Part shown: positions 1-7,597 of the stretch, in pieces
How the letters are laid out: each line of letters starts with the position of its first letter
Position numbering within the stretch: the first letter of the stretch is position 1
NCBI GenBank assembly: GCA_964372275.1
Contig: CAYJRR010000022.1
Coordinates: 1 to 41,477, forward strand
Direction: 5' to 3'
Source: an uncultured bacterium
Lineage (GTDB): Bacteria; CAYJRR01
Length of the DNA stretch: 41,477 bases
The notes under the pieces: model-generated
What the model was told of the DNA's origin: nothing
Seen by the model: the letters and a program-made list of their open reading frames with translations, nothing else
The model's database searches: none
Position numbers and translations under genes: made by a program

Positions 1-1704
1 CCGCATTACGGGACGATGGGCGGCGTGCGCTCGATCATCGACACGCTCGCCCACGCCGCCCGGGACGCCGGGCACGAGGTCGCCGCGGTCGTGGACGGCG
101 ACGCCGCCCGCGCGCCGGGCCACGGGCGCGCGGTCCGCCTCTACACCCGGGCCGACCACGACCTGCGCCCGGCGCACACGCCGCCGGAGGTCCGGCGGCT
201 CGACCTCGCCGAGATCGTGCTGGCCCTGGCGGCGAACGGGATCGACGCGCGCGCGCTCGACTGGCTGGAGGCGCCGCCGGAGGAGAGTCTCGCCGCGGCC
301 GAGGAGCTGCTCCGGCGCCTCGGCGCCGTCGGCGATACGGGGATCACCGAGCGTGGGCGGCGCATGGCTCGTATTCCGGTGCACCCGCGCCAGGCGCGGT
401 TGGTCCTGGAGGCCGACGCGGCAGGATGCGGCGAGGCCGGCTGTCTCGTCGCGGCGCTGCTCGGCGAGCGCGATCTCCGGGAGCGCCCCCCCGCGCGCGC
501 GACCGAGGCCGGAAGCTCCGACCTGCTCCACCTGCGGGAGCTGTTCGAGGAGGCGGGCGGCGATCCGAATCGCGCGAGGCGCCTGGGGCTCGGGCCCGGC
601 GCGGTGGCGGCGGTGGAGCGGGTGCGCGCGCAGCTCGTGCGGGCGCTGCGCCGCGACGCACGCGGGCCGCGGCGCGGCGCCGGCGCCCGGCCCGACGCGG
701 GACGGGGCGAGGCGGGACGGGACGCCGCCGCCGACGACGACGCGTCCCTTCGCCGCGCGATCCTCGCCGCCTACCCGGATCGCGTGGCCCGCCGCCGTTC
801 GTCGCGTCCCGGCGACCGGACCGGATCGACGGGCGTCGGCGACGACCTCGCGCTGGCGGGGGGCGGTTCGGCGACCTTGAGCCCCTCGAGCGTGGTGCGC
901 CACGGCGAGTGGCTCGTCTGCGTCGACGCGCAACGGCGTGACCGGTCGGTGGTGGTCCGGTCGGCCTCCGCGATCGAGCCGGAGTGGTTGATCGACCTGT
1001 TTGCCGACCGCGTCCGCGAGGGGGACGACGTCCGCTGGAACGCGGCGGCCGAGCGCGTGGAGGCGGTGAGCCGCCTCGTCTTCGACGGATTGACGATGGA
1101 GGAGAGCCGGTCGCCAGGAGACCCGGCGGCGGTCGCGCGGACGCTGTTCGAGGCGGCGCTGGCGAAGGGGCCGGCGGCCTTCGCACCGGAAGGGGAGCTC
1201 GACCGGCTGCTGGCGCGCATCGCCTTCGTCCGCGGCGCCTGCCCCGCGCTCGGGATCCCGCCGATCGGCCTCCCGGAGGTGCACGAAGCGCTGGCGTCGC
1301 TGTGCGAAGGGCGCCGCTCGTTCGACGAGCTGCGAACGGCTTCGTTGATCGACGCCGTCCGCGCTCGCCTTTCGCCGAAGGAGAGGGCCGCGCTCGACCG
1401 GGCGGCCCCCGAGCGCGTCGTGCTCCCTGGCGGCCGTGCCGCGCGTCTCGAATACGAGCCGGGAAAGCCACCCTGGCTCGCCTCGCGCCTGCAGGACTTC
1501 TTCGGGCTTGCCCGCGGGCCGACCGTCGCCTTGGGTACCGTGCCGGTCGTGCTCCACCTCCTCGCCCCCAACCGCCGTGATCTGCAGGTGACGACCGATC
1601 TGGCCGGCTTCTGGGAGCGCGTCTATCCCGACGTCCGCAGGCAGCTCTCGCGGCGCTACCCGAAACACCGCTGGCCGGAGGACCCCCGATGCGCCACTGG
1701 TTGA
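1..1704 (+). CDS. hrpB: ATP-dependent helicase HrpB, C-terminal portion (HA2 and HrpB_C regions); 5' end incomplete and anomalous
   Basis: Typical HrpB C-terminal motifs: RLYT..., PEVRRLDL, PVHPRQARL, AYPDRVARRR, LASRLQDFFG, LLAPNRRDLQVTTDLAGFW, YPKHRWPEDP. Helicase motifs I-VI are absent and the first ~40 codons look unrelated (see findings). Confidence 0.85.
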   Translation, partial: PHYGTMGGVRSIIDTLAHAARDAGHEVAAVVDGDAARAPGHGRAVRLYTRADHDLRPAHTPPEVRRLDLAEIVLALAANGIDARALDWLEAPPEESLAAAEELLRRLGAVGDTGITERGRRMARIPVHPRQARLVLEADAAGCGEAGCLVAALLGERDLRERPPARATEAGSSDLLHLRELFEEAGGDPNRARRLGLGPGAVAAVERVRAQLVRALRRDARGPRRGAGARPDAGRGEAGRDAAADDDASLRRAILAAYPDRVARRRSSRPGDRTGSTGVGDDLALAGGGSATLSPSSVVRHGEWLVCVDAQRRDRSVVVRSASAIEPEWLIDLFADRVREGDDVRWNAAAERVEAVSRLVFDGLTMEESRSPGDPAAVARTLFEAALAKGPAAFAPEGELDRLLARIAFVRGACPALGIPPIGLPEVHEALASLCEGRRSFDELRTASLIDAVRARLSPKERAALDRAAPERVVLPGGRAARLEYEPGKPPWLASRLQDFFGLARGPTVALGTVPVVLHLLAPNRRDLQVTTDLAGFWERVYPDVRRQLSRRYPKHRWPEDPRCATG

Positions 1705-2153
1705 TGAAGTCCGAGCCGAGCGTCTTCTCGATCGAAGACCTGCGCCGCCGGCCCACGCGCACCGGCCCCTGGGACGGCGTGCGGAACTACCAGGCGCGCA
1801 ACCACCTGCGGGAGATGAAACGGGGGGACCTCGTCCTCTTCTACCATTCGAGCGAGGATCCGATCGGCGTGGCGGGGACGGCGGAGGTGGTGGGCGAAGC
1901 CCGACCCGATCCGACCCAGTTCGACCGGCGCTCGCCGTACTTCGACCCGAAATCGAAGACCGACGCGCCGCGCTGGTCCCTGGTCGACGTGAAATGGCGG
2001 TCGACCTTTCGGCGTCTTGTGCCACTGTCCATGCTGCGAGCCGATCCGCGCCTCCGCGGGATGATCCTGCTGCAACCCGGCAGCCGCCTGTCGGTCATGC
2101 CCGTGACCCCGGCGGAGTTTCGCGTCGTCCTCGAACTCGCAGCCGCCGCGTGA
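1689..2153 (+). CDS. EVE domain protein (THYN1-like, PUA-like fold)
   Basis: WLMKSEPSVFS, WDGVRNYQARN, GDLVLFYHS, DPTQFD...YFDPKS, SRLSVMPV; overlaps the hrpB 3' end by 16 nt. Confidence 0.93.
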   Translation: MRHWLMKSEPSVFSIEDLRRRPTRTGPWDGVRNYQARNHLREMKRGDLVLFYHSSEDPIGVAGTAEVVGEARPDPTQFDRRSPYFDPKSKTDAPRWSLVDVKWRSTFRRLVPLSMLRADPRLRGMILLQPGSRLSVMPVTPAEFRVVLELAAAA

Positions 2154-2206
2154 CAACGCGGTCCGCGTTGACTACCCTCTCGCGCCTTGCCAGGAGGTCC
2201 ACGCCC

Positions 2207-2743
2207 ATGCGTCCGTTCTCGATCCCGGTTCCGATTCTCGCGCTCCTCGCCATCGCCGGCTGCGGCCCCAAGGCGCCGACCGAGCCGAAGACCGACGCCC
2301 CGGTGTACGCCGTGCTCGAGCCGAAGAGCGGCAGCGTGACGAAGGGGATGGCCGAGTTCTTCCCCACCTCCGACGGAAAGGTGAAGGTCAAGCTCGAGAT
2401 CCGCGGCGCCAAGCCCGGGAAGCACGGCGTCCACATCCACGAGAAGGGGGACTGCTCGGCCGCCGACGCCGCCTCCGCCGGGCCCCACTTCAATCCGACC
2501 AACAGCGCGCACGGCGGCCCGTCGTCGTCACCGCGACACGCGGGGGACCTGGGGAACGCCATCGTCTCCGACGCCGGCACCGGCAGCTACAGCACCGTCG
2601 TCGAGGGGATCACCCTCGACCAGGGGCCGGCGGGGATCGTCGGACGGGCGATCGTCTTCCACGACCAGGAGGACGACCTCACGGGACAGCCGGCGGGGAA
2701 CGCGGGCGCCCGCGTCGCGTGCGGCGTCCTGAAGGCCAAGTAG
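2207..2743 (+). CDS. sodC: Cu/Zn superoxide dismutase, lipoprotein
   Basis: AGGAGG RBS at 2192-2197 before ATG 2207; lipobox LAIAGC; HGVHIHEKGDC, GPHFNP, HAGDLGN, IVFHDQEDD, GNAGARVACG. Confidence 0.93.
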   Translation: MRPFSIPVPILALLAIAGCGPKAPTEPKTDAPVYAVLEPKSGSVTKGMAEFFPTSDGKVKVKLEIRGAKPGKHGVHIHEKGDCSAADAASAGPHFNPTNSAHGGPSSSPRHAGDLGNAIVSDAGTGSYSTVVEGITLDQGPAGIVGRAIVFHDQEDDLTGQPAGNAGARVACGVLKAK

Positions 2744-3460
2744 ATGGCACCGGAGTATCGCTCGGGCGATCCGATGCCCGACCGCTATCGCGAGACGGTC
2801 GAGCAACTGATGCTCAGCCAGGCCTACCGGGAGCTGGCCGCGGCGCACATGTTCGGCGCCGCGCTGCAGTACGTTCCGTCGGTGAAGTGGATCAAGTTCA
2901 TGAGCTGGCACATCCGCGAGGAGGTCGATCACTACGCGGCCGTCGCCAAGATGTACGAGGCCTTCACCGGCGAGGACGTCGAGCCGAAGGTACGGCGGCG
3001 GCTCGCCGAAAAACCGGTCCCGTTCGCCGAGTCGTGGTTCGAGCTGGCGATGGCGCAGTTCCTCTACGACCGGGGCGGCTTCTGGCAACTCCAGGAGTAC
3101 GACGGCTGCAGCTATCTCCCGTACCGCGAGGTGGTCCGGAAGATCGTCGACGAGGAGAAGGGCCACCAGGAGCTGGGGGAGCGGATGGTCGTCGAGCTGT
3201 GCCAGAGCGGCCGGTTCGACGAGATGAAGCAGCCGATCTTCGATCGGTGGCTGCGGATGGGGCTCCTGTCGTTCGGCCGGCCCGGGAGCGAAGGGGCCCG
3301 CTACGCGATCGAGGTCGGACTGAAGAAGCGCGATCCCGCGCCGGTGATGCAGGACTTCGTGAACGACATCAAGCCGGCGGTGCGCGGGTCGGGATTGCGC
3401 TTTCCGGCGCCGGCGGCGCTGAAGATGGAGCTTCCGGCGGACCTGGACTGGAGCCTGTAG
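2744..3460 (+). CDS. Ferritin-like di-iron protein, PaaA/PaaC (phenylacetyl-CoA epoxidase) family
   Basis: MPDRYRE start, EEVDH and EEKGH di-iron motifs, FLYD, SYLPY and SFGRP segments as in PaaA-type proteins; ATG immediately follows the sodC stop. Confidence 0.75.
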   Translation: MAPEYRSGDPMPDRYRETVEQLMLSQAYRELAAAHMFGAALQYVPSVKWIKFMSWHIREEVDHYAAVAKMYEAFTGEDVEPKVRRRLAEKPVPFAESWFELAMAQFLYDRGGFWQLQEYDGCSYLPYREVVRKIVDEEKGHQELGERMVVELCQSGRFDEMKQPIFDRWLRMGLLSFGRPGSEGARYAIEVGLKKRDPAPVMQDFVNDIKPAVRGSGLRFPAPAALKMELPADLDWSL

Positions 3461-3599
3461 CCGGACGCGATCGACGACGCGACTGTTTCCGCGACGCGTC
3501 CGCCCCACGGGACACTCCGTCGTGGTTTGCGCGTGCCTCACGTTCGAGCGGCCGGCGCGAAAGATCCTGAATATTCATTCAATACCTTCCTCCTCGCGC

Positions 3600-3615
3600 C
3601 GGCACGGCGCTTGCT
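3600..3615 (+). promoter_or_regulatory. Putative sigma54 promoter for the FG-GAP gene
   Basis: CGGCAC-GGCGC-TTGCT with exact GG-N10-GC spacing; AT-rich palindrome TGAATATTCA at 3568-3577 upstream. Confidence 0.7.
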
Positions 3616-3629
3616 GACTGCCGGCCGCC

Positions 3630-5012
3630 ATGAAAACCGCTCCTGGCGCCGCGCTCCTGCTCGCCTCCTCCCTGATCGCCGCCCCTGCGGCCGCGTCCGA
3701 CGCCGGCTGTCCCGCCGAGACGGACTCTCCGCTGGCCGCCCTGAGCGACCTGTTCGCGGCGGCGTCCCCCGGTTGGCCGGCGTGGCTCGCGGCGTGGAAC
3801 CCGCATTCGGTGAGCTCGCGCGGTTCGATGCCGGCCGGAGACGTCGACGGCGACGGACACGTCGACCGCCTCGTTGCCGACGATCGCGCCGGTCGGGTCT
3901 GGATCCACCGGGGCCGCGCCGATGGCATGAATCGCCGCGGCGCGACGCTGGTCATCGCCGATCGCCCGCGCAGCGGACTCGGCGCGGCGCTCGCCCCCGC
4001 CGGGGACGTGAACGGCGACGGATACGGCGACGTGCTCGTCTCCGCGAGCCTGCATCGCACCGAGGGCTCGGACGCCGAGGGACGCGTCTACCTCTTCCTC
4101 GGCGGTCCGCGCGGGCTTCGCCGGCCCGCGGCCTGGACCTTCGACGGCACGCGCAAGGCGTCGGGCTTCGGCGACGCGATTGCCTCGGCCGGCGACGTGA
4201 ACGGCGACGGCTACGGCGACATCCTGATCGGCGAGCCGGCGGGGGAGGCCGACGGGGCGGAACGGTGGTTCAACGACGGTCGCGCCTACCTGTTCCTCGG
4301 CGGTCCGCACGGACCAAACGCCTCACCGGCGTGGATCGGTCGGGGGAGGCGGGAGGGCGGCTGGTTCGGATCGTCGGTGGCGTCCGCCGGCGATGTCGAC
4401 GGCGACGGCTACGGCGACGTGGTGATCGGTGCCGCCGAGGACTCGGACGCCCGCGCCCTGGACCAGGCGGCCGAAGGGCGCGCCTATCTCTTCCGCGGCG
4501 GCCCACGCGGTCTCGCCGCACGGCCGTCCTGGACGATGGAAGGGAACGGCTCCAACACCCGCTTCGGTAGCGCGGTCGCCGGCGGCGACTTCGACGGCGA
4601 CGGCTACTCCGACGTGGCGATCGGCGCGCCCGGCGCCGGCGCGGGCGAAGGGGAGGTGCGGATCTATGCCGGCGGACCGAACGGACCGTCGCGGCGCCCG
4701 CTCTGGGTCGGCGGCCGGGACGGTCACCGCTTCGCCGGCGACGCGCTGTTCGCCCCGGGCGACCTCGACGGAGACGGGAAACACGAGCTGCTCGTCGGCT
4801 CGCTTGCGGGCGCCGACGGCCGGGCATCGCTGTTCCGCGGCGCGCCCGGCGGCTTGGCGACCGATCCGAGCTGGCGCGATCCGCGAAGCCGCGCCGAGCC
4901 CGACGAGGCGCCTCGGGACGACGTCGAAGGCGCCTTCGGCGACGTCGGAACGCCGTACTACGAATTGGTCGAACCGCCGTTCTGGCCGCGGACGACCGGC
5001 CCGTCGTTCTGA
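3630..5012 (+). CDS. Secreted FG-GAP / integrin-alpha-like beta-propeller repeat protein
   Basis: Signal peptide; six repeats of AGD(V/F/L)(N/D)GDG(Y)xD with FG..GAP and GRAYLFLGG segments. Confidence 0.9.
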   Translation: MKTAPGAALLLASSLIAAPAAASDAGCPAETDSPLAALSDLFAAASPGWPAWLAAWNPHSVSSRGSMPAGDVDGDGHVDRLVADDRAGRVWIHRGRADGMNRRGATLVIADRPRSGLGAALAPAGDVNGDGYGDVLVSASLHRTEGSDAEGRVYLFLGGPRGLRRPAAWTFDGTRKASGFGDAIASAGDVNGDGYGDILIGEPAGEADGAERWFNDGRAYLFLGGPHGPNASPAWIGRGRREGGWFGSSVASAGDVDGDGYGDVVIGAAEDSDARALDQAAEGRAYLFRGGPRGLAARPSWTMEGNGSNTRFGSAVAGGDFDGDGYSDVAIGAPGAGAGEGEVRIYAGGPNGPSRRPLWVGGRDGHRFAGDALFAPGDLDGDGKHELLVGSLAGADGRASLFRGAPGGLATDPSWRDPRSRAEPDEAPRDDVEGAFGDVGTPYYELVEPPFWPRTTGPSF

Positions 5013-5365
5013 CCGCCCTCGCTCGGCGCCGAGCGGGTCACCGGCGCCGTGGCACGCGGCAGGCGGCCCGCAATCCGTCGCACCAACCCCACCGCGAGCG
5101 CGCGCTCCTCGTCGGTGCCGAACCGGAGCACGACGTGGCCGGCGGCGGCGAGCCTCTGGATCGAGTGCGGCCTCGCCTTTCCGCTCGCCACGAGCAGCCG
5201 GGCCTCCGCCTTGGCCACCGTCAGGTGAAGCTGGCGCCGGCCGTGGACGTGGGCGATCATCCGGCGGCCGACCGAGAAGGAGTGGTCGTAGATGCCGTGG
5301 ATCGGCCGCTCCTGTGCGCCGGGGATCGCCAGGATCTCGGCCCGCAATCGGTCGAACGGGGTCAT
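4958..5365 (-). CDS. Small hypothetical protein, DUF5519/'luciferase family'-like
   Basis: ATG 5365 (MTPFDRLRAE); pattern F.VG.R.IAHVH...LVASGKARPH...GHV typical of this family; 3' end overlaps the FG-GAP gene end. Confidence 0.6.
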   Translation of the reverse strand: MTPFDRLRAEILAIPGAQERPIHGIYDHSFSVGRRMIAHVHGRRQLHLTVAKAEARLLVASGKARPHSIQRLAAAGHVVLRFGTDEERALAVGLVRRIAGRLPRATAPVTRSAPSEGGQNDGPVVRGQNGGSTNS

Positions 5366-5388
5366 CGACGTCAAAGGACCGGTAGCCG

Positions 5389-5844
5389 ATGAACGACACC
5401 GCGACAAGCGACTGGCGGCGAAACCTGATCGGGGACGGTGAGGGGATCGCGCGCCTGCTGCGCGAAACGCGGCGCATTGCGGTGCTCGGGATCAAGCCGG
5501 AGTCGCACGCCGACCGTCCCGCGTTCTACGTGCCGGCGGCGGCCGCCGACGCCGGATTCGAGATCGTGCCGGTGCCGGTCTACTACCCTTTGGTGACGGA
5601 GATCCTGGGGCGAAAGGTCTACCGCCGGCTGGTCGACGTCCCCGGCGATCTCGACCTGGTCGACGTCTTCCGTCTTCCGAAGGATCTCCCCGGCCACGTC
5701 GACGATCTGCTGGCGAAGCGTCCGAAGGCGGTATGGTTCCAGTCGGGGATCCGCCACGACGAGATCGCCGAGCGGCTGGCGAGAACGGGGATGAAGGTCG
5801 TGCAGGATCGCTGCCTGATGGTAGAACTACGACGATGCGGCTGA
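5389..5844 (+). CDS. CoA-binding protein (YccU-like)
   Basis: RRIAVLGIK, DLVDVFR, KAVWFQSGI, VVQDRCLMVE. Confidence 0.9.
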   Translation: MNDTATSDWRRNLIGDGEGIARLLRETRRIAVLGIKPESHADRPAFYVPAAAADAGFEIVPVPVYYPLVTEILGRKVYRRLVDVPGDLDLVDVFRLPKDLPGHVDDLLAKRPKAVWFQSGIRHDEIAERLARTGMKVVQDRCLMVELRRCG

Positions 5845-6746
5845 CCTTCTGGGGCGTGCGCGGTTCGTATCCGGTCGCCTCGCCGACGACGCTCCGCTAC
5901 GGCGGCCACACCTCCTGCGTCGAACTCACCGTCCCCGGTCTCGACACCCCGTTCGTCCTCGATGCCGGGACCGGCATCCGAGCGCTGGGCCAAAAACTCC
6001 TCCAGGGAACGTTCGGCCGCGGCGAGGGCTGGCTGCGGCTCTTCCTCAGCCACCTTCACTGGGACCACGTGCAGGGCCTCCCCTTCTTCGGTCCGGCGCA
6101 CGTCGGCGGGAACCGCATCTCCGTCTACGGCCGAGGACGGTTCGGGCAGTCGCTCCTGGAGGCGGTCACCGGCATCACCCAGCGCGAGTTCTTCCCGGTG
6201 GGAATGGACCAGTTCCCGGCGATGCTCGAGTTCCACGAGGTCGTGCCCGGCGTGCCGGTCGACGTGGAAGGGGTGCGCGTGCTTCCGCTGGCCTTGAACC
6301 ATCCCTGGGGGGCGATCGGCTACCGATTCGACCACGAGGGGAAGAGCGTCGCCTACGTCACCGACACCAGCCCCTTCGACACCATCCTCTATCCGGAGCA
6401 GTTCGTACGCGCCGCGCCGAAGGCGTTGTCGGAGGAGGATCGCGCCGTGCTCCGCCGCATGCGGAACGATCTGATCGCCGGTCTGAAGGGGACGCACACC
6501 GTCGTCTACGACACGCAGTACACCGACGCCGAATACGAACGGTTCCCGCACTGGGGGCATGGCACCGCCAAGCATGCGCTCGACGTCGTACGCGAGGCGC
6601 AGGTGAAGCGGCTCGTCCTGTTCCACCACGCGCCGGGACGCTCGGACGAGGACGAGGACAAGCTGCTGCAGGAGACACGCGAGACGGCCGATCGGGACGG
6701 GATCGAGGTGCTGGCGTCGGCGGAGGGGATGCAGGTGGAGGTCTGA
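5835..6746 (+). CDS. MBL-fold metallo-hydrolase (Lactamase_B_2 / phosphodiesterase-like)
   Basis: MRLTFWGVRGS, YGGHTSCV, DAGTG, HLHWDH, WGHGT, FHHAP; real start ATG 5835 overlaps the upstream gene. Confidence 0.9.
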   Translation: MRLTFWGVRGSYPVASPTTLRYGGHTSCVELTVPGLDTPFVLDAGTGIRALGQKLLQGTFGRGEGWLRLFLSHLHWDHVQGLPFFGPAHVGGNRISVYGRGRFGQSLLEAVTGITQREFFPVGMDQFPAMLEFHEVVPGVPVDVEGVRVLPLALNHPWGAIGYRFDHEGKSVAYVTDTSPFDTILYPEQFVRAAPKALSEEDRAVLRRMRNDLIAGLKGTHTVVYDTQYTDAEYERFPHWGHGTAKHALDVVREAQVKRLVLFHHAPGRSDEDEDKLLQETRETADRDGIEVLASAEGMQVEV

Positions 6747-6777
6747 TGCGCGCGCGCGCGCGGCGGGTGGGCGGCTG

Positions 6778-7593
6778 ATGCGCCTTCGCTTCTGGGGGAC
6801 GCGGGGTAGCTTCGTTTCGCCCGGTCCCGCCTTCCAGCGCTACGGCGGCAACACCATCTGCATGGACGTCTCGACCCGCGAGGCGCAGCTCGTCTTCGAT
6901 CTGGGGACCGGTTGCATCCCGCTGGGAACCCACCTGATGGGATCGCCGGGGCGGAAGCTCTCCGTGCTGTTGAGCCACACGCACATCGACCACATCCAGG
7001 GGCTCCCCTTCTTCCTTCCGGCGCTCGTTCCCGGTTGGAACGTCACGATCATGGGACCGGCCGGGACCGGACAGGACATCTCGGCGATCCTGGACGGCGC
7101 GCTCAATCCCAACTATTCGCCGCTCTACGGCCTGGAGAACCTGGCCGCCAAGCTCGAGATGCGCACCCTCGCCGAGGAGGAGTTCGACCTCGACGGGATC
7201 CGCGTCCGATCCGCCCTCCTTCCGCACGGGACGACGCAGGCGCTGGGGTTCCGCCTGGAGTGCGACGGCATGTCGGTGGCGTTCCTCACCGACGTCGAAT
7301 ACAACGGAGACCCGCCGCCGGTGGCGATCGACCTGGCGGCCGGCGTCGACGTCCTGATCCACGACGCGATGGACACCGCGCACGACGTGGTGAAGCGGCA
7401 CGGCTTCAGCCAGACCAGCCCCGACGACGCCGTGCGGGTGGCGCGGGAGGCGGGGGCGAAGCGCCTCCTCCTCTACCATCACGACCCCGACCGTACCGAC
7501 AGCCAGATGGACCACCTCCTGGATCGAACGCGCCGAGCCGCGCCGGGTCTGGCGATCGACGGAGCACGGGAAGGCGACGTCCTGGAGCTCTAG
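6778..7593 (+). CDS. Second MBL-fold metallo-hydrolase (paralog of the preceding gene)
   Basis: MRLRFWGTRGS, YGGNTIC, DLGTG, HTHIDH, YHHDP. Confidence 0.9.
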   Translation: MRLRFWGTRGSFVSPGPAFQRYGGNTICMDVSTREAQLVFDLGTGCIPLGTHLMGSPGRKLSVLLSHTHIDHIQGLPFFLPALVPGWNVTIMGPAGTGQDISAILDGALNPNYSPLYGLENLAAKLEMRTLAEEEFDLDGIRVRSALLPHGTTQALGFRLECDGMSVAFLTDVEYNGDPPPVAIDLAAGVDVLIHDAMDTAHDVVKRHGFSQTSPDDAVRVAREAGAKRLLLYHHDPDRTDSQMDHLLDRTRRAAPGLAIDGAREGDVLEL

Positions 7594-7597
7594 GGCC

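Noticed and set aside
1-2153. HrpB-EVE pair as a modification-dependent defence system
   Set aside because: The EVE protein is the common stand-alone THYN1-like type with no nuclease fusion, and there is no defence-island context.
2154-2170. Inverted repeat CAACGCG-GTC-CGCGTTG after the EVE gene
   Set aside because: Short, with no U-tract; cannot be supported as a terminator or operator.
3830-4790. Recurrent GGCGACGT(G/C)(A/G)ACGGCGACGG DNA repeats
   Set aside because: These encode FG-GAP calcium-binding repeats within a CDS; they are not a CRISPR array or a mobile repeat.
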